64,000 nucleotides of DNA from Thainema sp. (GTDB lineage Bacteria > Cyanobacteriota > Cyanobacteriia > Phormidesmidales > Phormidesmidaceae), in NCBI GenBank assembly GCA_052168235.1, contig JBQLZK010000003.1:32001-96000 (forward strand). The letters run 5' to 3'. The notes beneath the pieces are model-generated. The model worked only from the letters and a program-made list of their open reading frames with translations. It had not been told where the DNA came from and made no database searches. The stretch's first letter is position 1. Every line of letters starts with the position of its first letter. Below are positions 1-9,971 of this stretch, piece by piece. The translations under genes were made by a program, and so were the position numbers.

Positions 1-500
1 GCCGTGGCTTGCCACATGGCTCGCATTTCCGACGGTACACCCGGAAAGGTGAGGATAAGTAGCCCTGTACGAGGTTGCCAAATCATGCCAGGGGCGCTGC
101 CGACTGGATTGGGCAAGACTTCTGCGCCTTCTGGCAGAAGTGCCTGTTTCCGGTTGTTGGCCGTCATGGCGCGTCCGCGCTCAGCGAACTTCTGGGTCAT
201 GTCAGCCAGGACTTCGGGATGTTCAACCAGCGGCACATCAAAAAAGTCTGCCAGGGTTTCAGTGGTTAGGTCATCTGGAGTGGGACCTAAGCCACCTGTA
301 AAGATCAAAATTCGCGATCGCTCACATGCGATCGCAACCGCCTTCTTCAGGCGAATCGGATTATCACCAACCACTGTTTGGTAATAGTGGGGAATGCCAA
401 GCTGAGCCAGCTCTTGAGCAAGGAACTGAACATTGGTATTTAAAATCTGCCCTAGTAGCAGTTCAGTCCCAACACAGATGATTTCCGCACTCATACTCAT
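1..500 (-). CDS. cinA: Competence/damage-inducible protein CinA (5' part; runs off window start)
   Basis: Not in ORF track. Minus strand reads [48 protein letters not shown]...[13 protein letters not shown], the CinA N-terminal MoCF-like domain. Alternative start at 494. Confidence 0.93.
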   Translation of the reverse strand, partial: MSMSAEIICVGTELLLGQILNTNVQFLAQELAQLGIPHYYQTVVGDNPIRLKKAVAIACERSRILIFTGGLGPTPDDLTTETLADFFDVPLVEHPEVLADMTQKFAERGRAMTANNRKQALLPEGAEVLPNPVGSAPGMIWQPRTGLLILTFPGVPSEMRAMWQAT

Positions 501-618
501 CTGAACTAATTCCCATAAAGAGTGGACGCTATATTCATGGTTGTCACAAGTGCGATCGCTGAAGTGGATCTGCGACAACGGCAGAACACCATCATATAGC
601 AATCCTAGGGCAAGCTAT

Positions 619-1680
619 TTACTGACGGGCGTGCTGGCGCACTTTCCAACCTGTATAGGTTAATAGCCCAGTAGCGGCTAGGGCATAGGCAATACCGCTG
701 GGAATACCAGAAAAGGCCAGAGCTAGACTACCGACCCAAATCGTCAAAACATAAATAAATAGAACCGTTAATCGATGCGATAAACCTGCATCCAGTAGGC
801 GATGGTGCAAATGACGTTTGTCTGCAATGAAAGGAGATTTGCCGCTGCGCAAGCGATCAAAAATCACTGCCGACATATCAAGCAGCGGGACAGCCAAAAT
901 CAGGTAGGGCAGTAATACAGCTACGGTCGTAACGCTCTTGACTAGACCAATTACTCCGACCCCCGCTAAGGTAAAGCCAATAAAATAAGCGCCGCCGTCT
1001 CCCATAAAGATCTGTGCTGGATTGAAGTTGTAGCGCAAAAATCCCAGCGTACCTCCAGCCAGAGCCGCAGCGATGAGAGCAGCCGCTGGCTGATTCATAA
1101 ACAGCGAAACGATCAGCATGACAATGGCAGCAATACCTGAAACTCCTGCCGCCAAGCCGTCTAAACCATCAATCCAGTTAATCGCGTTAGCCATGCCTAC
1201 CAGCCAAAGGACCGTAATCGGCAAGCTAATCAACTCTGGCAACGGGGTCAATCCAGCAAAAGGAACAGTCAAGAACTCGATCTGTACCCCGGCTTTCCAT
1301 GCCAGCGCCGCAATCACAACCTGACAGAATAGGCGACTAATAGGAGACAAGCCGAATAAATCATCGGCTAAGCCAACTGCAAAAAAGGCTAGTCCACCAA
1401 CTGTCACTCCCCAAATCTCATACTCTTTGTGAGCGGGTAGATGATTGCCTAAATTATCAATAAATCCTCCCATCCACCAGACGATGAGCAACGCGATCAA
1501 AGCACCCAAATAAATGGATACTCCCCCTAATCGCACCATCGGGCGATCGTGAACCTTACGGCCCCCTGGTAAGTCAACGCGTCCGCTTTTAAGACCGATG
1601 CGCTTAACGACAGGCGTACTAAGCAGTACGACAGTAGCGGAGATAGTGAAAGCTAGAATGTGATACAGATGGGAAGGCAT
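619..1680 (-). CDS. MraY/WecA-family undecaprenyl-phosphate GlcNAc-1-phosphate transferase
   Basis: Multi-TM protein with GLADD, NAINWIDGLDGLA, FMGDGG and DKRHLHH motifs. ATG at 1680 preferred. Confidence 0.9.
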   Translation of the reverse strand: MPSHLYHILAFTISATVVLLSTPVVKRIGLKSGRVDLPGGRKVHDRPMVRLGGVSIYLGALIALLIVWWMGGFIDNLGNHLPAHKEYEIWGVTVGGLAFFAVGLADDLFGLSPISRLFCQVVIAALAWKAGVQIEFLTVPFAGLTPLPELISLPITVLWLVGMANAINWIDGLDGLAAGVSGIAAIVMLIVSLFMNQPAAALIAAALAGGTLGFLRYNFNPAQIFMGDGGAYFIGFTLAGVGVIGLVKSVTTVAVLLPYLILAVPLLDMSAVIFDRLRSGKSPFIADKRHLHHRLLDAGLSHRLTVLFIYVLTIWVGSLALAFSGIPSGIAYALAATGLLTYTGWKVRQHARQ

Positions 1681-2017
1681 CTGGCAAACAACAGTACGTG
1701 ACTGGAACAAAATGACTCAGCCAGAGTCTACTAGAACTTAGACGGTTTTGCCAGAGATTAGCTCAACTTTTTGCCTTTTATAGGATTATTACAGAATCCA
1801 AACTTACTAGTAATAATGCCTCAAAGTATCAAAATAGACGAGGCTAAATCTCATCCGCGCAAAACAGCCTGAAGGCATGATAGTACGACTTGGACATATT
1901 GGTACAAATCCGCTCTAGAATTATGCTGCCAAAGACAACTAAGCAGAAAAAAAGCGCATCCCGCTTGAAATGCGCTCCTTTTTTATCTATGAGATGTATT
2001 GATAAAATTGCAACCAA

Positions 2018-3301
2018 TTAGGCCATAGCGGGCAGCGGAATAGAGAGATGAGGATAGAGTGGAAAGCGATCGCACAATGAAGCGACCCGTTGCCGACAGT
2101 CCTGAACCATTGCCTCATCCTCAGGATTTAACAAGCAATCCACAATGATGTTGGCAATTCCCCGGAACTCATCCGCACCCATACCACGAGTTGTCATCGC
2201 GGGAGAACCTAGACGTAAGCCGCTGGTAACAAAGGGAGATTCTGGATCAAAGGGAACCGTGTTTTTATTCGCTGTAATATTGACTTGGCTAACTAGTTGA
2301 TCCGCCCGCTTACCCGTCATACCAATGCAGCGTAGATCGACTAGTAAAAGGTGATTGTCCGTGCCGCCAGAGACAACTTTAAAGTCACGGGCCTCTAGCT
2401 GCTGAGCGAGTGCCTGAGCATTCTGAATCACCTGCTGAGAGTAGGTCTTAAATTCGGGCTTCAACGCTTCACCAAAGGCAACAGCTTTGGCAGCAATCAC
2501 ATGCTCTAGAGGGCCGCCTTGAGAACCAGGGAATACGGCTTTGTCAAATTTCTTACCCAGCTCAGCGTCACGAGTCATGATTAATCCGCCCCGTGGCCCA
2601 CGCAGTGTTTTGTGGGTCGTCGTCGTCACCACATCACAGTAAGGGATGGGATTGGGATGGAGACCTGCGGCGACTAATCCAGCAATGTGTGCGATGTCAG
2701 CCATCAGGTAAGCGCCGACTTCATCGGCAATGGCACGAAACTTATCAAAATGAATCGTGCGGGGATAAGCGGAATAACCGCAGATGATTAGCTTGGGCTT
2801 GTGCTGAAGAGCTAGCTCGCGAATTTGATCATAATTGAGCTGCTCGGTTTCTTTATCTACCCCGTAGTGGCAAACGTTGAACCATTTACCCGATACGTTG
2901 ACCGGCGAACCGTGAGTGAGGTGACCACCGTGGGATAAATCCATTCCCATAATGGTGTCTCCTGGTTCAAGTAATGCCAGGAAAACTGCAAAATTGGCTT
3001 GAGCACCAGAGTGAGGTTGCACGTTAGCGTGTTCTGCGCCAAAGAGCTGTTTCACGCGATCGATTGCTAGCTGTTCGGCTTGATCAACAAACTCACAGCC
3101 ACCGTAGTAGCGTTTACGAGGTAAACCCTCAGCATACTTATTTGTGAGGACAGAACCTTGGGCGGCCATCACCGCAGCAGAAGTAAAGTTCTCGCTGGCA
3201 ATTAGTTCTAGGTGGTCACGCTGGCGCTGTAGTTCTTGCTGTAGAACCGCAGCAATTTCTGGATCGGTGGTTGCTAGAAAATCAAGATTAGTCTGAGTCA
3301 C
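2018..3301 (-). CDS. glyA: Serine hydroxymethyltransferase
   Basis: LIASEN, NKYAEG and [14 protein letters not shown] (PLP lysine). Confidence 0.98.
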   Translation of the reverse strand: MTQTNLDFLATTDPEIAAVLQQELQRQRDHLELIASENFTSAAVMAAQGSVLTNKYAEGLPRKRYYGGCEFVDQAEQLAIDRVKQLFGAEHANVQPHSGAQANFAVFLALLEPGDTIMGMDLSHGGHLTHGSPVNVSGKWFNVCHYGVDKETEQLNYDQIRELALQHKPKLIICGYSAYPRTIHFDKFRAIADEVGAYLMADIAHIAGLVAAGLHPNPIPYCDVVTTTTHKTLRGPRGGLIMTRDAELGKKFDKAVFPGSQGGPLEHVIAAKAVAFGEALKPEFKTYSQQVIQNAQALAQQLEARDFKVVSGGTDNHLLLVDLRCIGMTGKRADQLVSQVNITANKNTVPFDPESPFVTSGLRLGSPAMTTRGMGADEFRGIANIIVDCLLNPEDEAMVQDCRQRVASLCDRFPLYPHLSIPLPAMA

Positions 3302-3927
3302 AGTTCGTTTGTCCCCTTCAGAAATCGTAAAAATCAGTGGAAAATCGGATTATGTGGAGTTGTGCAAAACTTACACAAAATTTGTGGGTCGTACTCAAAA
3401 AGCGCTTACCTGAATACCACGACCAGTTTGTGGAGATGTACAGGGCAATACAATATAGTGCGGAACTCAATCATTTCGGAGCATTCAGCAATAACTTAGT
3501 ATCAGCAACAAATACCGATCAATAACTGCCAGTAATCAATCATGATTAGAGCAATGCATAGTATAGATGGTGTAATGGCTGAATCGACTAGATTATTCAT
3601 AATAACGCTGTTTGTAGTCAGAGCTGGCGCGATCGCAAAATTCCTGTCTAACAAATTCAGCTTGACTGCACTCAGGCCCATTCGCTGTTAAGCAATGTAT
3701 TCTAGACATCAATTCCTCTAAGCAGTTGCCATACAATGATCCCAGAGGCTTTACTTGGCGTTTTGCAGTGATACAACCCCTCGCCTCACCTAGTTAGATT
3801 GATGCTGCCCTGCGGCAAGCTTATGGTTGTGTTAGCGGTTTGAAAGACGTTTCGACCGTCTGGGCGATCAGCCTACAATCTAGGACTACGAAGAGTCATC
3901 CACATTAGAATGGAGGTGCTCAGCTTT

Positions 3928-4125
3928 ATGTTAGTCATTCTCATGAATGATCAGTTACTTGCCCCCGAACAGGTATGCCAATCGTGCCTGATGGCGAATC
4001 AGTACGGACAACCTCGTTGGCAACAGGGCAAACTCCGCTGCGGTCGGGCACTGGGTCGCCAAGCCGAACAGCAGCCAGAACAGTTTGAATGCCAAATGGG
4101 CTTTCGGTTTGCCAATATCGAGTAG
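3928..4125 (+). CDS. Small Cys-containing conserved cyanobacterial protein
   Basis: GGAGG at 3912-3916. MLVILMNDQ...VCQSCLMA...LRCG...FECQMGF has four Cys (possible metal ribbon). Confidence 0.7.
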   Translation: MLVILMNDQLLAPEQVCQSCLMANQYGQPRWQQGKLRCGRALGRQAEQQPEQFECQMGFRFANIE

Positions 4126-4212
4126 GTATCTTCAGTCAGGATCTTCTCCTGGTTCAGTATTCCATATCAGTACTCAGGGCGTAGTAAGCAACCCGCTCTT
4201 TAGCTTAGATTT

Positions 4213-5013
4213 TTGTCAGTCCCTCTATGCCTTGCTGCTGTGCCTTTGCGATCGCACTCTCGGTTCCGTCCTTGGTTCCATTACCTGAGCCCGAGCCTTT
4301 GGTTGAGCTTGGTCTGCATTACGCTCTACATTGCCACCTTGCTCATCGATCAGGCCAATATTTCGTCTGATGTAGCCTCTCTCAGAGTATTAGCGCCCAG
4401 TATCGTCAGTGTTTGGCTGTTTGGCGCATCGGGTTCTATTCCGGTTTTCGAGCAAGGACGCTGGTGGACAATTCTCAGTGCGGGCTGGCTGCATGGCGAC
4501 TTACTGCATCTTACCTTTAACTTATTGTGGCTCAACCAGTTGGCTCCAGCCGTTGCGCGGGCCTATGACAGCAGTCGCTTGATCATTCTCTATGTAGTCA
4601 GCACCGCCGTTGGCGTTATAGCGAGTGCAACCGTTAGCTACTACTGGCCAAACTTACCCAATCGGCTACAGGGTGCTGAACTTACCGTTGGTGCATCTGG
4701 AGCCATTTTTGGCCTTCTGGGAGCACTGATTGTCTATGGTCAGCGCAAACCCCATCCCCGGATTTTCAGAATTGCCCTGGTCTATGCCGTGCTGCTGTTT
4801 GGGTTTAGCTTTATGATGCCCAATGTCGATAATTGGGGACACCTAGGCGGTCTACTCGGCGGTTATCTCTGCGCCTATTGGCTCGATACCGATCATCGAC
4901 CATTTTTCATCTGGACTGGAGTTGCGATCGCACTTTCTATCTGCACCATCGTCAGTATCACCGCCTCACTAATCTTCGGCCTAGCGCTATTCCGAGAGCA
5001 GATCTATTTTTAG
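4213..5013 (+). CDS. Rhomboid intramembrane serine protease
   Basis: HxxxxHLxFN, catalytic GASG, GHLGG, several TM helices. Start uncertain. Confidence 0.9.
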   Translation: MSVPLCLAAVPLRSHSRFRPWFHYLSPSLWLSLVCITLYIATLLIDQANISSDVASLRVLAPSIVSVWLFGASGSIPVFEQGRWWTILSAGWLHGDLLHLTFNLLWLNQLAPAVARAYDSSRLIILYVVSTAVGVIASATVSYYWPNLPNRLQGAELTVGASGAIFGLLGALIVYGQRKPHPRIFRIALVYAVLLFGFSFMMPNVDNWGHLGGLLGGYLCAYWLDTDHRPFFIWTGVAIALSICTIVSITASLIFGLALFREQIYF

Positions 5014-5035
5014 CCCCCAAGGCCTCCCTCAGTCT

Positions 5036-6064
5036 CTAAAACTCACTCTGCTCTAAAATGCTGTCCAGCGATGTAATCCGCAAAACGCGATCGCCATCAT
5101 CGGGGCTAAAAACTTCCACATTGTTACCGCCCTGATAGACGTAATACACTCCGCCACTGACTGGAATTGCCCGCACGGATACAGCATTAAGTTCTAATGT
5201 TTCGGTGGTTGAATTGTATACATTCAGGCGAATGTCACTGCCAATGCGGAAGACGCGCACCGCATAGTCCTCAGTTTGAAATGCGAATGGCAGGTCATTG
5301 TTGCCGATTTCTAGCTGGTTATTGTTAGCGGCAATGATTGAATAGCCCTGGCTGTAGCCGCGACGATAGGCAGCGGCTTCTTCTGCCCGCAAAAACTGGG
5401 CTTGGACAGTTGGATCTTGAATTCGGCCTGCCAGCGCGTCTATTTGTCCCTGCTCAAAGCCGCGATTGTAATAGTATTCAGGGTTTATGGGTCGGCTGCC
5501 ACCCGTGCCTTGTGAAGAGGATGGCACTCCGGTTGAGGGAGGATTACCGGCTAAGACGTAGTTATACCCCGTCTCATACCCTAACCGATAGGCAGTTCTG
5601 AGTTCTGTGCCTAAAAACTGAAGCTGGGCATTGGGATCGCGCTGGACACCAGCGGCGGCATCGGCTTGTCCCTGTTGATAGCCTTGACTGTAGAAATATT
5701 CGCGATCGCTAATTGTGTCGGGTCGCACGCTGCCGCCTGTGCCTTGTCCCGGTAGAGGTAAACTACCCGGTTGAATGGCCACAAAGTCGCTACGAACCCA
5801 TCCGGTTAGGTTGCGATCGCGCAGTTCAACGTAGTACCAAATCAATCCGTCATCGCCGACTTCTTGAAACCGGGCTTCGACAATGTCGCCAGCCAGTCCC
5901 GTACCGGGAGAATAGGCTTGAGCAGACGGTCGCGATCGCAAGTTGATGGCACTACCGGGCTGCCGCGCCGTAAGGTATGCTGTAACCGCCCAACCGGGCA
6001 GCGTGGTTCCAATGATTAGCCCAGAAGCAGCCAACAGGCTGAGGGCAATTGAGCGTAGTTTCAT
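5036..6064 (-). CDS. Secreted SH3-domain protein with two YxxGYxxG-type repeat modules
   Basis: Signal peptide (MKLRSIALSLL...), SH3b-like INLRSRPS...WYYV...GWVRSDFV, then a duplicated ~60-aa module. Confidence 0.75.
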   Translation of the reverse strand: MKLRSIALSLLAASGLIIGTTLPGWAVTAYLTARQPGSAINLRSRPSAQAYSPGTGLAGDIVEARFQEVGDDGLIWYYVELRDRNLTGWVRSDFVAIQPGSLPLPGQGTGGSVRPDTISDREYFYSQGYQQGQADAAAGVQRDPNAQLQFLGTELRTAYRLGYETGYNYVLAGNPPSTGVPSSSQGTGGSRPINPEYYYNRGFEQGQIDALAGRIQDPTVQAQFLRAEEAAAYRRGYSQGYSIIAANNNQLEIGNNDLPFAFQTEDYAVRVFRIGSDIRLNVYNSTTETLELNAVSVRAIPVSGGVYYVYQGGNNVEVFSPDDGDRVLRITSLDSILEQSEF

Positions 6065-6348
6065 AACCATGACGACGGTAGTGACTCCAAAAACGATTCT
6101 GTGAGGATGGGGCGACGACAGCGATGGGTATGCCATAACCATACGAAGGGATACAGAATTTTAGCGAGAAATTCCCTAATTCTTCATGTATTGAGAGGAA
6201 TGGCCACGATATTGAGGAGTAGATAAGGGATAGTAATTGAGTATGACGGCGCTGTCATACTGCACTGTCATAATGGGGAATTGTTTCTAGACCTTTTGGG
6301 GATAGTCAATCAGTTGAATCAACAATCAGGCAGGGTCAGGAGGAGAAC

Positions 6349-7374
6349 GTGTTAGCAGCGGTGCTGTATGGTCAAGAGGATTTGCGGTTGGAGACGGTTG
6401 ATGATCCGACGCCGAATGAGGGAGAAGTGGTAATTCGGGTCAAGGCAGCGACCACCTGTGGAACTGATCTGAAGGTGTGGCGGCGGGGTGGACATGCCAA
6501 GATGCTGAAGCCACCGACGCTGTTTGGGCATGAAGCGGCAGGGGAAGTGGTTGCACTCGGTAAAGGAGTGATGGATTGGCAGATTGGCGATCGCGTTGTC
6601 GCCAACAACTCGGCTCCCTGTATGAACTGCTTTTTTTGCCAGCGGCAGGAGTTTTCGCTCTGCCCAAATTTGACGTTCAATAACGGGACGTTTGCTGAGT
6701 TCTTGAAAATCCCGGCTGCAATTGTTCAGCACAACCTGCTGCCAATTCCGGACGGGATGCCAACTGCGATCGCATCGATGACCGAACCATTGGCCTGCGT
6801 GTTGCACGGGATTGCTCGCTCAAATGTCAAACCCGGTGATCGAGTGGTCTTACTGGGCGATGGGGCGATTGGATTAATGTTTGTGGCAGCGTTGGCCCAG
6901 CAGCAGGTTGAAGTGATTCAGTTCGGCGGCAGCGATCCGCGTCTCGCGATTGGCCAAAAACTTGGTGCAGCTCAGACCTTTAACTATCATAGCGTGGACG
7001 ATATTCCCGACTTGGTGAAGAGTCTAACCGACGGTTGGGGAGCCGATATTGTGATTGAAGCAACCGGAGTTCCCTCTGCTTGGGAAACGGCCATTGCCTG
7101 TGCCCGTCCGGGTGCTACGGTTAATCTATTCGGTGGCTGTCCCCGCAATACGAGTATCTCTGTCGATACGGAGCAGCTCCACTACAGCGAGTTGACGCTA
7201 AAAGGGGTATTTCACAACACGCCCAAATACGTGCGCGAGTCGCTGAATTTTCTTACTGAGTATGCCGATCAGATGCAGTTGTTAATTTCAGGCCAGCAGC
7301 CGCTCACGGAATTGGAGCAGGTGTTCCAGGCCATGAAAGCGCGTCAGGTGATTAAAGTTGCGATCGCGCCCTAA
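6349..7374 (+). CDS. Zinc-dependent alcohol/polyol dehydrogenase (MDR family)
   Basis: CGTD, GHE, structural Zn CxxCxxC-x7-C, GDGAIG. AGGAG upstream of GTG start. Confidence 0.92.
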   Translation: MLAAVLYGQEDLRLETVDDPTPNEGEVVIRVKAATTCGTDLKVWRRGGHAKMLKPPTLFGHEAAGEVVALGKGVMDWQIGDRVVANNSAPCMNCFFCQRQEFSLCPNLTFNNGTFAEFLKIPAAIVQHNLLPIPDGMPTAIASMTEPLACVLHGIARSNVKPGDRVVLLGDGAIGLMFVAALAQQQVEVIQFGGSDPRLAIGQKLGAAQTFNYHSVDDIPDLVKSLTDGWGADIVIEATGVPSAWETAIACARPGATVNLFGGCPRNTSISVDTEQLHYSELTLKGVFHNTPKYVRESLNFLTEYADQMQLLISGQQPLTELEQVFQAMKARQVIKVAIAP

Positions 7375-7386
7375 AATTTAATTCCC

Positions 7387-7427
7387 ATTGCGATGTGAGC
7401 GACACGGGGTGTCGCTCACATCGCAAT
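7387..7427. terminator. Perfect 19-bp hairpin between convergent genes (likely bidirectional terminator)
   Basis: ATTGCGATGTGAGCGACAC-GGG-GTGTCGCTCACATCGCAAT. Confidence 0.65.
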
Positions 7428-8023
7428 CACTTACCCATATTGCGTTTCATCTCGTTCAGTTCGTCTTCCATTTCCCATCGACGGAACTGAGCCTCTAAGG
7501 GGTCAGCCGCAGCTTGAGTGGAACGGTAGGACGACGCCCCATAATCCGCCGAGGGATTCCAGTTGGTTGACCAACTGGCCGCCTGTGCGGCCTGAGCCGC
7601 TCTTGCGGCTTCGACTTCCTGAAGTTTGGCTTTGACTTCTTTCCGGCGCGTTTGGATACGCTGATATAGCTCTTTTGTCTGCTGAATTCGGTCTTTGATG
7701 CCCTTCATTTGGCCCCAGAGCTGGTTGCCCTCCCGCAGGAGAGCCGCTTCACGTTCTTCAGCGGGTTTCACCAGATCCCAGCGCTGAGCGTTTTTGGCTT
7801 TTTCAATCCGAACATGCCACCGCTGCACTTCTTGGGCGGTGTTCAGAATACTGGCCTCGGTATTTTTCTCCTGACGCTGCAAATCTCCAATTAGCCGCAG
7901 CGTATCGGCGTCCTGCTCCCGTAGCTGCTCGTCGAGGGCCTGTAGTTCTAAGTGAGGATTATTGCGGAGAAATTCTTCGAGCCGCGTTTCCAAAAAACGG
8001 CTGAAATCTTCAAATAGACCCAT
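7427..8023 (-). CDS. TIGR04376-type coiled-coil protein (PspA/Vipp1-like)
   Basis: MGLFEDFSRFLETRLEEFLRNNPHLEL N-terminus, long coiled coil, C-terminal FRRWEMEDEL. Confidence 0.8.
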   Translation of the reverse strand: MGLFEDFSRFLETRLEEFLRNNPHLELQALDEQLREQDADTLRLIGDLQRQEKNTEASILNTAQEVQRWHVRIEKAKNAQRWDLVKPAEEREAALLREGNQLWGQMKGIKDRIQQTKELYQRIQTRRKEVKAKLQEVEAARAAQAAQAASWSTNWNPSADYGASSYRSTQAAADPLEAQFRRWEMEDELNEMKRNMGK

Positions 8024-8177
8024 AGCACAAGCTCCTAGTGGCAGTCGGTGTTGGTTAAGCAACATTCCAGATCATGAGCAGTCAACTTAGTAGTCAACGT
8101 ATCTGCTCACTGTCCTGTGTACACCTTTTACACCTTAACCTGCCACTGCCAAAGGTTACTGGATCAGGGTCGCTGAA

Positions 8178-8270
8178 TAGTCTGTCAACTTTGTTTTAGT
8201 GGGGTTTGATGATGGATGTGTCGCGCTCTGCGCGGCACATCCATCATCAAAACTTAATTTACAGAGTACT
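8178..8270. mobile_element. Small MITE-like element carrying a 22-bp hairpin
   Basis: Left end TAGTCTGTCAACTTTGTTTT matches 62868-62887 at 19/20. Hairpin at 8205-8251. Confidence 0.55.
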
Positions 8271-8281
8271 GAATCAGGGGC

Positions 8282-9442
8282 TTAAAACTTTTGGCCAACG
8301 AAAACTGAACGAATTTCACCATTGCGACGAATGATCGCTTCCTGATTAGATACCGTCACCAACGTCCAGCCGCTGGATGCGATCGCTTCTCCAGCAAAGA
8401 ACCGCTGCGTGACGCCCTCAATGTCAAACAGCGCCGCTGAGCGATCGCCCAGTTCCATGATGCCAACCAACGTGTGGTTGCCGACTGGAGCTGTAGACGA
8501 ACTGGAAGCCGCTGCCTGTGGGCTATTGGTGGGAGATGGATTGGCGGCTGCACCACTGCTGGCCGCAGGACTACTGCTGGGAGTGGGCAGTGACGAGGTG
8601 GCATTGCCGTAGGTTTCAGCAATATTGCGGAACGGCACGGTGCCAGGAGCTGTAGCAGTCGCCGATGGAGATGCACCACCGGGTGGTTGATAAAGCGGCA
8701 CATATACCCGCTCAATCACGCGCTGCCCTGAACCTAAGCCTTGCGGAATCAACGGCTGTCCGGTGCTGCTGCCTGGAACGAGAACCGGAGGTAGAGCGCT
8801 AGATGCCATGGCTGTTGATCCGGCTGCTCCTCCAGTCGAATTGGCGTTAGCGGTAGGAGGCTGCATCGCCGCGCGCCGATCAATCATCTCCAGAGAGCGA
8901 TCGAGATAGGTTAAAAACTCAGCATCCGATTGAGCTTGAATTTCTTCGGGCGACAAGCGGGGATTGCTGCTAGTGGTCGGCACACCCTGAGAATTTTGTC
9001 GATTTGAGAGCCAAATGCCAGCGGTTAGCACCAGCGCTGTAAAGGCGGCTCCCAATAGTAAGAAATCTAATCGTCGCTCCCGCCGTTTGGCTTTTTCCAG
9101 CTCATCGCGAATCAGCGCCAGTTCTGAGCTGTTTTCGTCGTCCTCAATTTTCGTTAGAGCCGAGCTGGGAGGATTGATTAAGGTTGCAGGCAGCACTATC
9201 TGAGGGGTAGCGATTGGTTCTGGGTCTTCGACCTGCGCTGTCTCAGTCGGTAGTTCTAAACCTTCGTCAAGGGCATACTCCACATCGTTAAACAGCTCGT
9301 CCATTAATCCATTGGCATAGCTGTCCATCAGAGTGGACGCATCAGGGACTTCGATACCAGACACCGTATTAGGCGCTGCGTTGGACGCTGTGGTGTCGGG
9401 AGTGACGGCGGATTCAGGATAGGTGCTGACGTCTTTGGACAT
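8282..9442 (-). CDS. Single-TM protein with low-complexity linker and C-terminal T2SS-C/PilP-like beta domain
   Basis: TM LLLGAAFTALVLTAGIWL; C-terminal LVGIMELGDRSAALF...GEAIASSGWTLVTV...SVFVGQKF. Confidence 0.7.
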   Translation of the reverse strand: MSKDVSTYPESAVTPDTTASNAAPNTVSGIEVPDASTLMDSYANGLMDELFNDVEYALDEGLELPTETAQVEDPEPIATPQIVLPATLINPPSSALTKIEDDENSSELALIRDELEKAKRRERRLDFLLLGAAFTALVLTAGIWLSNRQNSQGVPTTSSNPRLSPEEIQAQSDAEFLTYLDRSLEMIDRRAAMQPPTANANSTGGAAGSTAMASSALPPVLVPGSSTGQPLIPQGLGSGQRVIERVYVPLYQPPGGASPSATATAPGTVPFRNIAETYGNATSSLPTPSSSPAASSGAAANPSPTNSPQAAASSSSTAPVGNHTLVGIMELGDRSAALFDIEGVTQRFFAGEAIASSGWTLVTVSNQEAIIRRNGEIRSVFVGQKF

Positions 9443-9834
9443 CGGTGGCTAACGAATAGAGTGCAACGAAAATGAGGCTGGAATATCAAGTTTGGCTGAA
9501 AGCTGTATTTTTGCGAAAAGCCTGTAGTACAAGCCTTTCGCAAAAACAATCAGGTTCTCACATACAAACTTGGTGCAAAAGCTACCTGAAACGGTAATCA
9601 AAGGTGCTGAAATCGTCAATAGCGATCGCAGATTATTTTCGGTATTTGAGCCAGTGATCGGCTTCAGGATAGCCAAATCCGCCGAGATAGGTCAGCGGTG
9701 GCTAAAACTGTAGCAATGGATGACTAAAGTGACTCAGGTGCGATCGCAATTACTAACCAAACTTAACCAAAACAAAAGGTGATCTGTGGCTGAGTTGGCC
9801 GACAAATCACCTGAGTTGAGAATTAAGGGTTGTG

Positions 9835-9953
9835 AAGGCTGTAGAGGGCTGTAGAGGCTGTAAAGGGTAGTCGAGGGGAATGTTTAGTTTTGAATTTTGA
9901 GTGTTTAGTTTTGAATGACTTAACTCAAAATTCAAAATTTAGAACTCAACACT
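9835..9953. repeat. Short tandem repeats (GGCTGTAGA-type nonamers, then inverted TTTTGAA-type heptamer arrays)
   Basis: Directly visible. The nonamer array recurs at ~44751-44780. Confidence 0.8.
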
Positions 9954-9971
9954 CTATCCTCAGTACTATTC

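Noticed and set aside
4..384. Plus-strand ORFs at the window start
   Set aside because: Antisense shadows of cinA. The same applies to most short ORFs overlapping long genes.
3302..3900. Glycine or ZTP riboswitch upstream of glyA
   Set aside because: No recognisable aptamer consensus. gcvT has no leader either, as it overlaps the nif3 gene.
6252..6272. CTGTCATA repeat as a pho box
   Set aside because: Period is 13 nt rather than 11, and it does not match the cyanobacterial SphR consensus.
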